Positions 10,067 through 20,386 of a stretch of DNA of 64,000 nucleotides are shown here, in pieces; the first letter of the stretch is position 1; each line of letters starts with the position of its first letter. The notes beneath the pieces were generated by a model that was not told the origin of the DNA, did no database searches, and was given only the letters and a program-made list of their open reading frames with translations. This DNA comes from a candidate division WOR-3 bacterium (lineage in GTDB: Bacteria > Hydrothermota > Tepidihabitantia > Tepidihabitantales > Tepidihabitantaceae). The stretch covers positions 1 through 64,000 of the forward strand of contig JBBISL010000003.1 in assembly GCA_037441285.1 (NCBI GenBank). Direction: 5' to 3'. A program made the position numbers and the translations under genes.

Positions 10067-10654
10067 TTAAATTGCTTGGCGTCCTTCTAAGGCACGGGCG
10101 ATGGTCTCACGGTCGGCAAGTTCCAGGTCGCTGCCAACCGGTAACCCCCGGGCGATGCGTGTAACCTGGATGTTTAGAGGTTTGAGGAGCTGGGCGATGT
10201 AAATTGCCGATGCCTCGCCTTCGGTTGTTGGGTTGGTGGCGATAATTACCTCGGTAATTCCTTCTTTCTGGACCCGCGCCAGTAGCTCCTGGATGTGAAG
10301 GCTCTCCGGCGGGACATTGTCCAGAGGTGAAATCACACCACCAAGGATGTGGTAACGACCCCGATATTGTCCGGTTTGTTCGATGACCAGCACATCAGCC
10401 GGTTCTTCAACCACGCATACCGTTCTGGGGTTCCGAGTTGCATCGGCGCATATTGCGCAGACCTCCTCTTCGGTGATGTTGAAACAGATGGAGCAGAGCC
10501 GAAGGTGCTTGCGCGCCCGGGTGAGTGATTCTTCAATCTCCTGACTCATATCGGGGTTCTTAAGCAGATGGAATGCGATGCGCTGAGCGGACTTCTTGCC
10601 GATACCGGGGAGGCGGGAAAGAACAGTTATCAGTTTTTCCAGTGTTTGACTCAC
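10067..10654 (-). CDS. recR: Recombination mediator RecR
   Basis: LPGIGKKSAQR HhH, C4 zinc finger, CVVE, TOPRIM (ATNPTTEGE, RIARG). Confidence 0.97.
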   Translation of the reverse strand: MSQTLEKLITVLSRLPGIGKKSAQRIAFHLLKNPDMSQEIEESLTRARKHLRLCSICFNITEEEVCAICADATRNPRTVCVVEEPADVLVIEQTGQYRGRYHILGGVISPLDNVPPESLHIQELLARVQKEGITEVIIATNPTTEGEASAIYIAQLLKPLNIQVTRIARGLPVGSDLELADRETIARALEGRQAI

Positions 10655-12132
10655 TGTTCTTCAACCTCACCAAAATGTTTTTTGAGTTTATCTTTCAAGT
10701 GGTCAGGTTTGTTTTCTTCCCGGACAGAGGCGTTAAGACGAGTGGGTTTTCTTGTAATTTCGGAAAGTATCGAGTCGAGCAGTTTTTGGTGTTTTTCGAT
10801 CTGGAGGATTATGCCTTTCTGTTCGCGAGGGAAAGTTACTTTGAAGGTTGATGAGTCGTGGGCGGTTGGCGTGCCGAGTTTAAGAAGAGCGGCCAGAGAT
10901 GCTTTTTGAGTTGCAAGCCGGGAACACAGCTGGTAATAGACCTGCTCAAGTTCGTTGGCTGGGGGCGGATTGGGAAGCGTTGGGGATGGGTCGTTCGTTT
11001 TTTCACGGGCACGGTGTTGATTTTGAGCTGTGGGTACGAGGTTTTCTCCCAGGAGTTTCAGCGACACAATTTCCAGCAGCAAGCGGGGAATCTGAGAATA
11101 ACGAGCCGCCGTTTCGTTTTCACTTAACAGTTTGAGAATCTCCATAAGTTGTTCGCGGGAGAAGCGGGCGGCTTGTTTATTTATTCGGTCGAGCTCTTCA
11201 GCGGAGAAGCCCGCCTCAGGTGGTAAGCCATTCAGCTTGGCGACAAGGAGGTTGCGGAAGTGGGTGACCGCACCAGCGTAAAACTCGATAAAGTCGTAAC
11301 CTGATGTAAAGAGCCGGTCGATGAACTCAAACAAGCCGCGGGCGTTTCCGTTTGCCAGTAGTTCAGCATATTCGAAGAAAAGGTTCGCCGGGACAAGGCC
11401 AAGAAGCTCTTCCGCATGAGAAAGTTCAACCCCTTCGGGGCTATAGGTGGCGAGCTGTTCCAATAGTCCTTCAGCATCCCGGATTGCGCCATCGGCGCGA
11501 CGAGCAATAGCGGTCAATGCCTCCGGGCTGATTTTGATGTTTTCTCTTTCGGCAATCCAGGTGAGGCGCTGGACAATTTCCGCCGGGGTCGCTTTGCGAA
11601 AATCAAACCGCTGACAGCGTGAGGTAATGGTGGGAGGTACTTTGTGGGCGGCGGTCGTTGCCAGGATAAATTTCGCGTGGGCAGGTGGTTCTTCCAGCGT
11701 TTTTAGTAAAGCATTGAAGGCTTCAGTGGTCAGCATATGAACTTCGTCGATGATGTAAATTTTGTATCGGAGGCTGGCAGGAGAGTACTTTATGTTTTCT
11801 CGCAGTTCCCGGACCTGGTCGATGCCCCGATTGGAGGCACCGTCGATTTCCAGGACATCCATACTTCGGGATTCAGCGATTTCGACGCAAGCGGAACATT
11901 GGTTGCAGGGTGTGGTCGTTGGTTTGTCAAAGGAAAGACAGTTGAGACTTTTTGCCAGTATGCGAGCGGTCGTTGTTTTGCCGACGCCACGCGGTCCACT
12001 GAAGAGATAGGCATTGGCAAGACGGTTGAGTTCAATGGCACGGGTCAGGGTGTTGCGGACATGGTCTTGAATCAGAAGTTCAGCGAAAGTCTGGGGCCGA
12101 TACTTAAGGGTTAAAACTTTCCGAGTGAGCAT
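10651..12132 (-). CDS. dnaX: DNA polymerase III subunit gamma/tau
   Basis: KYRPQTF, GPRGVGKTT, EIDGASNRG, DEVHML, SRC; start ATG 12132 just downstream of SRP RNA. Confidence 0.96.
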   Translation of the reverse strand: MLTRKVLTLKYRPQTFAELLIQDHVRNTLTRAIELNRLANAYLFSGPRGVGKTTTARILAKSLNCLSFDKPTTTPCNQCSACVEIAESRSMDVLEIDGASNRGIDQVRELRENIKYSPASLRYKIYIIDEVHMLTTEAFNALLKTLEEPPAHAKFILATTAAHKVPPTITSRCQRFDFRKATPAEIVQRLTWIAERENIKISPEALTAIARRADGAIRDAEGLLEQLATYSPEGVELSHAEELLGLVPANLFFEYAELLANGNARGLFEFIDRLFTSGYDFIEFYAGAVTHFRNLLVAKLNGLPPEAGFSAEELDRINKQAARFSREQLMEILKLLSENETAARYSQIPRLLLEIVSLKLLGENLVPTAQNQHRAREKTNDPSPTLPNPPPANELEQVYYQLCSRLATQKASLAALLKLGTPTAHDSSTFKVTFPREQKGIILQIEKHQKLLDSILSEITRKPTRLNASVREENKPDHLKDKLKKHFGEVEEQ

Positions 12133-12147
12133 TAAACGGTAACAAAT

Positions 12148-12422
<275 letters not shown>

Positions 12423-12445
12423 AAAAAGCAATTCCCGGACAATCA

Positions 12446-13411
12446 TTAACGCATCAGTTGTGACGGCTGGGCAAATATGCCCCGGGTGTCAATGGTATCG
12501 GCCAAAATGCCGAGCGTAAGCATCCGGCTCGCGAGGGTCTGGATTCCGGGTTTGTTGATTTCGGCGATTTTCTGAAACAGTGGTAGACGAGCGCGGGAAG
12601 TGGTCGTGTCGTTACCGAAGAAGAATTGACTGAGTTTTTTCTTTACCTCGTTGGGTTGAGCATCAATACGGTCAACCGCCGCATCAAGTGCGATTTTGAG
12701 CCTGGTGCGCTGATTCTTCGTAGTTTTCTTCAAGAAGTCGGGGCTGAAACCAATCGCATAGGCGGGAAAGGGACTGGCGATATACTTTGTCGTCAGGGCA
12801 TTCAGGGTATCGAATTTCGTAAAGTCAATCAGGGTTATGTATGGTTCAAGAACCCACACCGCATCAAACTCGCCGGCAGCGAGACGGGAGGGTAATGTTG
12901 CGAGCGGAACTTCGGTAAGTTTGACATTGGCCGGCAAGAGGTTAGCACTGGCAAGGAGGAGCGGGAGATAGTCACGCAGGACCGGTGGGTAACCAAGTCT
13001 TTTGTCTTTAAGGTCATTGACCGTTTTGATTTTCCCGTTTGCGGGTTTGGCGATTGCATCGACTGGTAAGGTGGGTCGGAATTCAACCGCCATAAACACC
13101 TTAAGGGTTTCCCCTTTAGCCACGATGCGTTTAAATACCGTACTCCAGGGGAAGATGCCGACATCGATGTTGCCGAGAAAGAGTTCATCAAGGGCTTTTT
13201 CCGGGTCGGAGTAGAATACCAATTCGGGGTCGATGCGGTTTTTACTAAACAGCGTATCCTGAACCGCAACGATGAAGGGTAACGCCGCAACCGAACTGTC
13301 GCAGGCAAAACGAAGGTGCTGGGGCCGATTTTCCTGCAATTGGGGGTACAGGATTACACCGACCAGAACCAGACTAAGGACAATGATAATTGCGGTTAAA
13401 AGTTTCGTCAT
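12446..13411 (-). CDS. NMT1/THI5/SsuA-like ABC substrate-binding protein, N-terminally anchored
   Basis: N-terminal TM; LPFIVA...F; TVNDLKDKRLG; LAAGEFDAVWVLEPY. Confidence 0.75.
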   Translation of the reverse strand: MTKLLTAIIIVLSLVLVGVILYPQLQENRPQHLRFACDSSVAALPFIVAVQDTLFSKNRIDPELVFYSDPEKALDELFLGNIDVGIFPWSTVFKRIVAKGETLKVFMAVEFRPTLPVDAIAKPANGKIKTVNDLKDKRLGYPPVLRDYLPLLLASANLLPANVKLTEVPLATLPSRLAAGEFDAVWVLEPYITLIDFTKFDTLNALTTKYIASPFPAYAIGFSPDFLKKTTKNQRTRLKIALDAAVDRIDAQPNEVKKKLSQFFFGNDTTTSRARLPLFQKIAEINKPGIQTLASRMLTLGILADTIDTRGIFAQPSQLMR

Positions 13412-13420
13412 CTTTTCTCC

Positions 13421-15037
13421 TTATTTGCTCAATTTTTTATACATCTCGTAAGCCCAGGCCGCCTTTTCTTTGTTGCCGGTTTCCCGATAGCAGTGAACGA
13501 GATTGAGGTAGGCTTCGGCGTTTTTGGGGTTGATTTTTGTTGTCATTATCAGATTGGGAATCGCCTGATTAAGTACCGATTTTCCCAGTTCTGCCCGAGA
13601 GGCTTCAATCTGGGCAAGGCCAAAGCCGGTTAGACTTATGCCGTAGAGGAGGTAGATGTTTTCCAGCTGGACCGGGCTTTCAACACTTAAAAACATCCCG
13701 GCGGTATCAGAAGGGCTCAAAGGGAATTCCTTTTGTTCCCTTTTGTCCGGGAAGTAGAACCAGGCGTAACTACCACCACGGTAGCCAAGGGTGAAAAGTG
13801 TACTGTCAACAATTGCGAGGAAGTCACCGGTGAGTTGGAGATAACCGGTTTTTGCCGCCTCGGGCGAGATTTGCGAGACGAGTTGAGTAATTAAATTTTG
13901 CGGTAGTACCGTGAGCGGAACAATTGTTCCGGCAATAACCCGGGAAAAGGTGGCGGCAGCAAGGCTGTCATTGCGACCCTGGTACTGGGCGATACCAAGG
14001 TTGAACATCGTCGTAAAGTCAAACCGGTCGTATAGTAGCGCCTGGGCGAAAAGAGATTCTGCTAAGGCTCGATATCTCTCGGCGGTATCCCGTTTGGCTT
14101 CGGCTGATGCCCGGAGCAAGGCGGTACCGAGCCGGGCGGAAGTAACATTGAGATTGTTCTCGGCATAAAAAAGCCGTGAAGTAATCTGGGCAAACCTTTC
14201 CAGTTGCTTACCACCCTGCAACTCCTTTTCGATGTAGCGCTTCAGCTCTTCGGGCGGGAAAAATCGCTGTTTTTCGACCAGTTGTTCGGCAACCGAACGG
14301 ATGCGGCTGGTATCGGTGGTTTTAAGAAGGTTACCCAGTTCGGTGATGGCGCTATCAAGTCGGGCACGATAAATCTTCAACGCCTCACCGTAATAATAAT
14401 AGACCGAGTCCCAGCGGGCCCGCTTTGCCTGGGGTGTTGTCCAGGCACTGTCCGGTTTCTGGAAGAAATAAAGCCCAATGAGTGAGTAGGCTTCGGCGCT
14501 GGCGGTGTTGAGGGCAAGCATTTGCCGGGCGGTGGTAAGCATATCTTCGTACTTACCCATTGTGCTGTAGGAGTTGGCGATGAGCGAATAGGGCTGAGAG
14601 CGGTCCGGGTGAATTTTAAGGGCGGCACGGGCATAGGTTATTGCCTTCTCATAATCGCCTGCGGTGTAATTGCCCCGGCTGGCGGTAATAAAAGCGGTCC
14701 AGACCCAGTACTCCTGCTGTTCGTCGTTGCGAATCGTGGTGACGAGCTGGGAGTCGTTTTCAATCGCTTTGAGGAAGTGGTCAGCGGCGGGTGTGAGCCG
14801 GTTTAACTGGGCTTCGCACAACCCGAGCCAGAGATGGATATTGGCGAGGGTAGAGTTGTCAACGGTGGTGCCGTACTGGTCAAGCGCCTTCTCAAACTGT
14901 TCGCGGGCGCGTTCATAGCGGCCACCTTGATAATGGATGCGTCCTCCTCTTAACAGGGCGTCGAGCGGTACATTCTGGGCGCTGACGACCGCACTTAGGA
15001 CGGCAAGCAGTATTGCGAACCGACGAAAAGTTAACAT
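13421..15037 (-). CDS. Secreted tetratricopeptide-repeat protein
   Basis: Signal peptide ending VSA-Q; several TPR-like units (A...F.KAL, NLGIAQY, NPKNAEAYLNL); ATG 15037 follows AGGAGG. Confidence 0.8.
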   Translation of the reverse strand: MLTFRRFAILLAVLSAVVSAQNVPLDALLRGGRIHYQGGRYERAREQFEKALDQYGTTVDNSTLANIHLWLGLCEAQLNRLTPAADHFLKAIENDSQLVTTIRNDEQQEYWVWTAFITASRGNYTAGDYEKAITYARAALKIHPDRSQPYSLIANSYSTMGKYEDMLTTARQMLALNTASAEAYSLIGLYFFQKPDSAWTTPQAKRARWDSVYYYYGEALKIYRARLDSAITELGNLLKTTDTSRIRSVAEQLVEKQRFFPPEELKRYIEKELQGGKQLERFAQITSRLFYAENNLNVTSARLGTALLRASAEAKRDTAERYRALAESLFAQALLYDRFDFTTMFNLGIAQYQGRNDSLAAATFSRVIAGTIVPLTVLPQNLITQLVSQISPEAAKTGYLQLTGDFLAIVDSTLFTLGYRGGSYAWFYFPDKREQKEFPLSPSDTAGMFLSVESPVQLENIYLLYGISLTGFGLAQIEASRAELGKSVLNQAIPNLIMTTKINPKNAEAYLNLVHCYRETGNKEKAAWAYEMYKKLSK

Positions 15038-15094
15038 TTTTATCCTCCTGAGATTTTGTCTAAACAAAAAATCATAACCATTTTGTTTTGACTG

Positions 15095-15835
15095 TCAAAC
15101 ATCGTCCGGGAATTGGTGGTAATGAGCCTTTTGCCCGGGCAGGTATTCGGGTTTTAAATTGTGGATGCCCCAGAAGATGTTGGTTTTGATGCGGGGGTCG
15201 GTGCGGGCAAGACGGTTAAGAATGCGGCGGATGAGCATACGCCTGCTCTTTGTTCCGTACGGACAGCGATTGCGCACTGGGCGGAGCGCAGCGGCGTTGA
15301 GTCGGGTGCGGATAAGCTCTTCGGTGAAGTAGTAGAGGGGACGAATAACAACAAGCCGGCCGGAAAAGAGTGGTTGGCGGGGTAGAATCGTTCGTGCCGA
15401 TGATGTGAAGAAGAGGTTTAACAAAAAGGTCTCATTGACATCTTCGAGATGGTGACCCAGCGCCACTTTATGGCAGCCCAGTTCAACTGCCGAAGAAAAG
15501 AGCGCCTTGCGCCGCTCATGGGCGCAGAAAAAGCAGGAGTCGGTTTTTGTTGCCTGAAGTTTTGCCGGGACATTGACCGTTTTGACCGTACAGGTAAGCC
15601 CAAACCGCTGGCAGATTGCCTCAATACGCTCGGTTTTCCAGCCGGGGAATCCGGGATTGATGTGGATGGGATAAATCTGCCAGTTTTTTTGATGGCGGCG
15701 ATTGTATTCCCAGAGGGTTAAAAGTAAACACAGGCTGTCGGTGCCGCCGGAAAGCCCGACCGCAACTTTTTCATTTTCCTCGATGAGTTGATTCGGGGTC
15801 AGTGCCGCCCGGAGAAGCCGTTCAGAACGGTGCAT
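15095..15835 (-). CDS. ttcA: tRNA 2-thiocytidine biosynthesis TtcA-family protein
   Basis: PP-loop SGGTDS, CFFC..RR, LGHHLED, IRPL, CPY. Confidence 0.85.
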   Translation of the reverse strand: MHRSERLLRAALTPNQLIEENEKVAVGLSGGTDSLCLLLTLWEYNRRHQKNWQIYPIHINPGFPGWKTERIEAICQRFGLTCTVKTVNVPAKLQATKTDSCFFCAHERRKALFSSAVELGCHKVALGHHLEDVNETFLLNLFFTSSARTILPRQPLFSGRLVVIRPLYYFTEELIRTRLNAAALRPVRNRCPYGTKSRRMLIRRILNRLARTDPRIKTNIFWGIHNLKPEYLPGQKAHYHQFPDDV

Positions 15836-15850
15836 TTTTAAACGGTGGGT

Positions 15851-17230
15851 TCAGTCTTCGGGTAGCACAACTTCCGGGAATTCGCGCAACTGTTCATAAA
15901 ACAGTTGCCTGATTTCTTTGAGCCTTTCCGGGGTTTTGGCTTCAAAGCGCAAAACGAGAATTGGCTGGGTGTTGGAGGCGCGGACCAGACCCCAGCCATC
16001 CGGAAATACCACCCGTACCCCGTCGATGTCAATTGTTTCAAACCGGCTGCGGAAATACTCTTTCAATGCCGCCACCACATCAAATTTCCGCTGGTCGGCA
16101 CCCGGGCTTTCGATTTTTACTCGGATTTCGGGTGTGGCGTAGTAGTAGGGAATCTCCGCCGTCAGTTCGGATAGCCGTTTTCCCGAATTAGCGAGGAGTT
16201 GTAGCAACCGCAGGGAGGCGAAGATGGCGTCGTCATAGCCGTAGTAGTCGTCGGCAAAGAACATATGGCCCGACATCTCACCGGCAATCAGGGCACCTTC
16301 TGATTTCATCTTTGCTTTGATCAAGGAGTGTCCCGTTTTCCACATTATTGGTACACCGCCCAGTTTTTTGATGTATTCCACCAGCCCCTGAGAGCATTTG
16401 ACTTCAAACACAATCTTTGCTCCGGGCTGTCGGGCAAGAATCTCCCGGGCAAAAAGTGCCAGGAGCCGGTCGCCATAAATGGTGGCACCGGTTTCGTCGA
16501 TGACACCGATTCGGTCGGCATCACCATCGTAGCCGATGCCGCAATCGGCGTTGGTTTCTTTAACCAGGTTGATCGCCTGTTCAAGATACGCCGGCACAGT
16601 CGGATCTGGTATGTGACCGGGAAAGTTGCCGTCGGGTGTTAAGTTGATAAATATCGGCTGGACCGGGGTTTTTGCCAGGAGTCTCTCGAGGAGGACACCG
16701 GCGGTGCCGTTGCCCGGGTCAAAAACCACCTTGAGCGGTTTGGGGATTTTTACTTTCGACAAACACATTGCAATGTAAGGCTCAATCACATCGCATTTGC
16801 CCAGTTTGCCTTTTCCAATGGCAAATTTGCCCTCTTCGCCAATTTGTCGCAGCATTTGAATTTCTTCACCGTAAATGGTGGTTTTGTACATTCCGATTTT
16901 AAAGCCGTTTTCATCCGGCGGGTTGTGGCTGGCGGTAATCATAATGCCGGCGTCGATATTGAGATGGAAAAAAGAGAAGTAAAATACCGGTGTGGGAACA
17001 ACGCCAATCTGTACCACATCAACACCGGTGGCAAGCAACCCTTCGGTTAGCGCTTTCTCAATTCTTGGTCCGGATAGTCGCACATCCCTGCCGAGGATAC
17101 ATTGGTAGACACCTTTCTGCTGGATGTAGGTGCCGAACGCCTGAGCCAGACGGTAAACAACATTGTCCGAAAGGTCGGTTGCCGCCTTGCCCCGGATATC
17201 GTACTCACGAAAGATTGCCGGATTGAACAT
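15851..17230 (-). CDS. Phosphomannomutase/phosphoglucomutase (AlgC-like)
   Basis: FREYDIRG, TASHNP, DGDADR, GEMSGH, VRASNTQP. Confidence 0.95.
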   Translation of the reverse strand: MFNPAIFREYDIRGKAATDLSDNVVYRLAQAFGTYIQQKGVYQCILGRDVRLSGPRIEKALTEGLLATGVDVVQIGVVPTPVFYFSFFHLNIDAGIMITASHNPPDENGFKIGMYKTTIYGEEIQMLRQIGEEGKFAIGKGKLGKCDVIEPYIAMCLSKVKIPKPLKVVFDPGNGTAGVLLERLLAKTPVQPIFINLTPDGNFPGHIPDPTVPAYLEQAINLVKETNADCGIGYDGDADRIGVIDETGATIYGDRLLALFAREILARQPGAKIVFEVKCSQGLVEYIKKLGGVPIMWKTGHSLIKAKMKSEGALIAGEMSGHMFFADDYYGYDDAIFASLRLLQLLANSGKRLSELTAEIPYYYATPEIRVKIESPGADQRKFDVVAALKEYFRSRFETIDIDGVRVVFPDGWGLVRASNTQPILVLRFEAKTPERLKEIRQLFYEQLREFPEVVLPED

Positions 17231-17237
17231 CAAGGCA

Positions 17238-17266
17238 ATATTAGCAAAAATTTGTTTTTCAGGCAA
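17238..17266 (-). promoter_or_regulatory. Promoter of pmm/pgm operon (leaderless geometry)
   Basis: TTGCCT-17nt-TAATAT-7nt-ATG. Confidence 0.6.
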
Positions 17267-17294
17267 AAAAAACGGGGGCGAGTCAATCGCCCCC
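17265..17294 (-). terminator. Intrinsic terminator after TRL-like gene
   Basis: GGGGGCGA-TTGAC-TCGCCCCC-G-T8 on minus strand. Confidence 0.85.
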
Positions 17295-17311
17295 AAAGGT
17301 GTTATCAGGTT

Positions 17312-17644
17312 TTATTCGCCGTAAACGTAAATCGTGTAGGTTGACCACAAGCCGAGGATGCTGGTTACTTCCTGGTCAATATGGTGAACCTTTTTGATTC
17401 CACTTTCGCGCATTGCCGCTTCAAGGCTGGCATCGCCGGTGGCAATGAGTCCGAGGATGTTGGTCGCGGTCACCTTTGCCACTTTGGCATTACTTGTTGC
17501 CTGCGGACCATAATAGGCGACTGCCGATGCCGGTGTCTTTACCGAAGTGTAAAGTGCTCCCACAGTGTAGAATCCCGGGATACATCCGGTCATCATTGTT
17601 AGGCAGACAAGCGGGATGATACCGAGTAGCAGCGCTTTTTTCAT
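17312..17644 (-). CDS. TRL-like family small lipoprotein
   Basis: Lipobox MTGC; ILGLIATGDASLEAAMRESGI.KVHHID...SILG...TIYVYGE typical of TRL family; SD AGGAGG. Confidence 0.85.
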   Translation of the reverse strand: MKKALLLGIIPLVCLTMMTGCIPGFYTVGALYTSVKTPASAVAYYGPQATSNAKVAKVTATNILGLIATGDASLEAAMRESGIKKVHHIDQEVTSILGLWSTYTIYVYGE

Positions 17645-17697
17645 TACTACCTCCTTTTTGGTTTGGCTATGCTGCTTTGGCTTCTCATGCCGTAACT

Positions 17698-17725
17698 AAT
17701 TTAATATGAAAATGTTAAATGTCAA
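17698..17725 (-). promoter_or_regulatory. Promoter of TRL-like gene
   Basis: TTGACA-16nt-TAAATT. Confidence 0.6.
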
Positions 17726-18169
17726 GGAAAAAATAGATGGGGCGATGGTAATCTGTTTCTGTCGGGGATAGTCCCAGAAGCAGGTGCGCGGTGGTTGACA
17801 GCGGGGTTTGTTTTATAGTTATTGCTCCCCGGCTTGTGGTAATTGCAGGTAAAATAGGCGCCGCAATTCGATTTTTTCCCACAGCCGGTTGCACAAAAAT
17901 TATACCGGGGAGCAGTGATTGGGTTGTTTAAACTGCGGAGAAGGGGATTAGGGAAAATGGTTAGCGAGTTAACAGGCTAAATTTCAATAAGATAACATAA
18001 TGTGTTAACAATCTCAGGGTTTTAAAAATGGGGTCAGGTGGGGTGGAGGAAAGGGTTCGGTAAGTGACTCAGGGATTCGTTCCCCCAACGGTTCGGTGAG
18101 TCGTATCGGGGTGAATGCTTTGTTGGGTAGTAACTAACGAGTGGGTGGTTTTCTTGGGGTGTTGTGAGA

Positions 18170-20248
18170 CTATTTTCTTGTTTCTCCAAACAGGGGGTAG
18201 AGTTTGATTTTAGTTTCTTCATCTACCGGGCTAAACCGCTTGAACTGCATTGAGTGGCTGGCGCGACCCTGGGTGAGGGAGCGCAGGCTGGTGGCGTAGC
18301 CAAAAGTTTTGGAAAGTGGTATCTCAGCGGTGATAATCTGGTGACCTTTAACCGCCTCGAGGTGGATGATTCTGCCCCCGCGGGCGTTGATGTCAGCAAG
18401 AACCGTACCGAGGTACTGCTCCGGGGTCACCACTTCCAGTTCCATTATCGGTTCCAAAAATGTCGGCTGGGCAGCGAGGAATGCTTCACGAAATGCCTGC
18501 GCTGCCGCCACTTTGAAGTCAACATCCGAAGAGTCCACCTCGTGATAGGCACCGTCAATGATGTGGACCCGGGTGTTAATTACCGGATAACCGGCAAGGA
18601 CACCGGTTTCAAAACATTCTGCCACCGCCTGTTCAATGGGCGGGATAAACTGTTTTGGGATTGTGCCTTCCCGAATTTCGTTGACAACCCAGTTGCCATC
18701 GAGTGCTGGTTCGAGCGCCAGTTTGACTATTGCAAAGTGGCCCCGGCCTCCGGTCTGACGGATAAATCTACCTTCGGCAGGGGCGGTGGTTGTTATTGTT
18801 TCCCGGTAAGAAACCTGAGGTTTACCCGGGTGCACGGCAACCCCGTAGTCACGCTGCAGCCGGTCGAGCAGAATTTCGAGATGGAGTTCGCCCATTCCCG
18901 AGAGGATTAACTGGCCGGTCTCTTCGTCGGTGCGGATTTTGAAGGTTGGGTCTTCAAGCGCCATTGTTTGCAGGGCAGTTTGCAGTTTTTCGTCATCGGC
19001 TCGGGTTCGGGGTTCGATGGCGAGAAATACCACCGGCTCCGGTGCTTTGATTGGTTCGAAGGCGATGGGATGGGCAAGGTCGCAGAGCGTCTGTCCGGTG
19101 CGACTTTCCTTTAATCCGATGACAACACCGATTTCACCCGCGGAAAGGGAGTCAACCTCTTCGTAGCGATTGGCGTGGGCGAGTGCCAGACGCTGAACCC
19201 GCAACCGTTTCATCTCGGGAACAGCAAACACAACATCACCGGTCTCAACCTTTCCGGAATATACCCGGATGTAGGAAAGCATCCCGCGCTGGGGGTCAAA
19301 GGCAAGTTTGAAAATCAAGCCGGAGAAAGGGGCTTTCGGGTCCGGGGGCCTGGACTCCTCTTTCTGGGTTTTGGGGTTGATGCCTTTTACCGGAGGGATA
19401 TCAACGGGTGAGGGCAGATATTCGACAATGCCGTCGAGGAGTTTCTGGATACCTTTATTGCGAAAGGCGGCGCCACAGAAGACGGGAACGATGCGTCGTT
19501 CGATGGTTCCACGCCGGATGGCGTGCTTCAACTCTTCAGGTGTCGGTTCGGTGCCGCTGAGGTATCGGTCCAAGAGGGTTTCATCAAATGTCGTGAGGAC
19601 ATCGAGAAGCCGGTGGCGGTATTCGGCAACCAGTTTTTGGTACTCAGCGGGGATGGGTGCGGTGTCGAAAGTGGCGCCGAGGTCTTCGGAGCGCCAGACA
19701 CAGGCTTCTTGAGTTATCAGGTCAATGACGCCGACAAATTGGTCTTCGACCCCGATGGGAAGTTGCACCGGCAGCGGGGTTTGCTCAAACTTCTCTTCCA
19801 TCATTTTTATCACCCGATAGAAGTCGGCACCAAGCCGGTCGAGTTTGTTGACAAAGGCGATGCGTGGCACCTGGTAACGGTCGGCCTGCCGCCACACCGT
19901 TTCGGTCTGCGGCTCCACGCCGCCCACGCCGCAGAGGACGATGATGGCGCCATCCAGAACCTTTAAGGAACGCTCAACCTCAATGGTAAAATCAACATGA
20001 CCCGGGGTGTCGATGATGTTGATACGATGGTTCAGCCATTGAACGCTGGTCGCAGCGGCGGTGATGGTGATGCCCCTTTCCCGTTCTTGCGTCATCCAAT
20101 CCATCTGGGTCGTGCCTTCGTCGATTTCGCCCATCCGATGAATGCGGCCGGTGTAGTAGAGGATGCGTTCGGTGGTGGTGGTCTTGCCGGCGTCGATGTG
20201 CGCCGCAATGCCGATGTTGCGAATTCGTTTAAGGTCGTAGTCGGACAT
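18170..20248 (-). CDS. fusA: Elongation factor G (not in str operon)
   Basis: [45 protein letters not shown]. Confidence 0.96.
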   Translation of the reverse strand: MSDYDLKRIRNIGIAAHIDAGKTTTTERILYYTGRIHRMGEIDEGTTQMDWMTQERERGITITAAATSVQWLNHRINIIDTPGHVDFTIEVERSLKVLDGAIIVLCGVGGVEPQTETVWRQADRYQVPRIAFVNKLDRLGADFYRVIKMMEEKFEQTPLPVQLPIGVEDQFVGVIDLITQEACVWRSEDLGATFDTAPIPAEYQKLVAEYRHRLLDVLTTFDETLLDRYLSGTEPTPEELKHAIRRGTIERRIVPVFCGAAFRNKGIQKLLDGIVEYLPSPVDIPPVKGINPKTQKEESRPPDPKAPFSGLIFKLAFDPQRGMLSYIRVYSGKVETGDVVFAVPEMKRLRVQRLALAHANRYEEVDSLSAGEIGVVIGLKESRTGQTLCDLAHPIAFEPIKAPEPVVFLAIEPRTRADDEKLQTALQTMALEDPTFKIRTDEETGQLILSGMGELHLEILLDRLQRDYGVAVHPGKPQVSYRETITTTAPAEGRFIRQTGGRGHFAIVKLALEPALDGNWVVNEIREGTIPKQFIPPIEQAVAECFETGVLAGYPVINTRVHIIDGAYHEVDSSDVDFKVAAAQAFREAFLAAQPTFLEPIMELEVVTPEQYLGTVLADINARGGRIIHLEAVKGHQIITAEIPLSKTFGYATSLRSLTQGRASHSMQFKRFSPVDEETKIKLYPLFGETRK

Positions 20249-20260
20249 AGATAAAAAGTA

Positions 20261-20288
20261 ATGCTAACATTAAGAAGAGAGGTGTCAA
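20261..20288 (-). promoter_or_regulatory. Promoter of fusA
   Basis: TTGACA-16nt-TAGCAT with extended -10 TG; 12 nt to ATG, no SD. Confidence 0.6.
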
Positions 20289-20346
20289 GCGGAAAAGCGG
20301 GATTAGTCGCCAGGGACAAAGAGTGGAGAGAAACCGGGCGGTTTTC

Positions 20347-20374
20347 TTGACTTTGATGCTGTCCGGTTTAATAT
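20347..20374 (+). promoter_or_regulatory. Promoter of radical SAM-rng operon
   Basis: TTGACT-16nt-TAATAT. Confidence 0.6.
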
Positions 20375-20386
20375 GGTGAACGGACA

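Noticed and set aside
18044..18056. GAGGAAAG resembling the RNase P RNA 5' motif
   Set aside because: It lacks the following TCC and the 3' conserved motif
18054..18101. GGTTCGGTRAGT direct repeat at 36-nt spacing, possible CRISPR remnant
   Set aside because: Only two 12-nt copies, too short for CRISPR repeats, and no cas genes
18254..18910. 218-aa ORF antisense to fusA, and similar antisense ORFs across nrdD, rng and gdhA
   Set aside because: Shadow frames of conserved genes, with no motifs or SD
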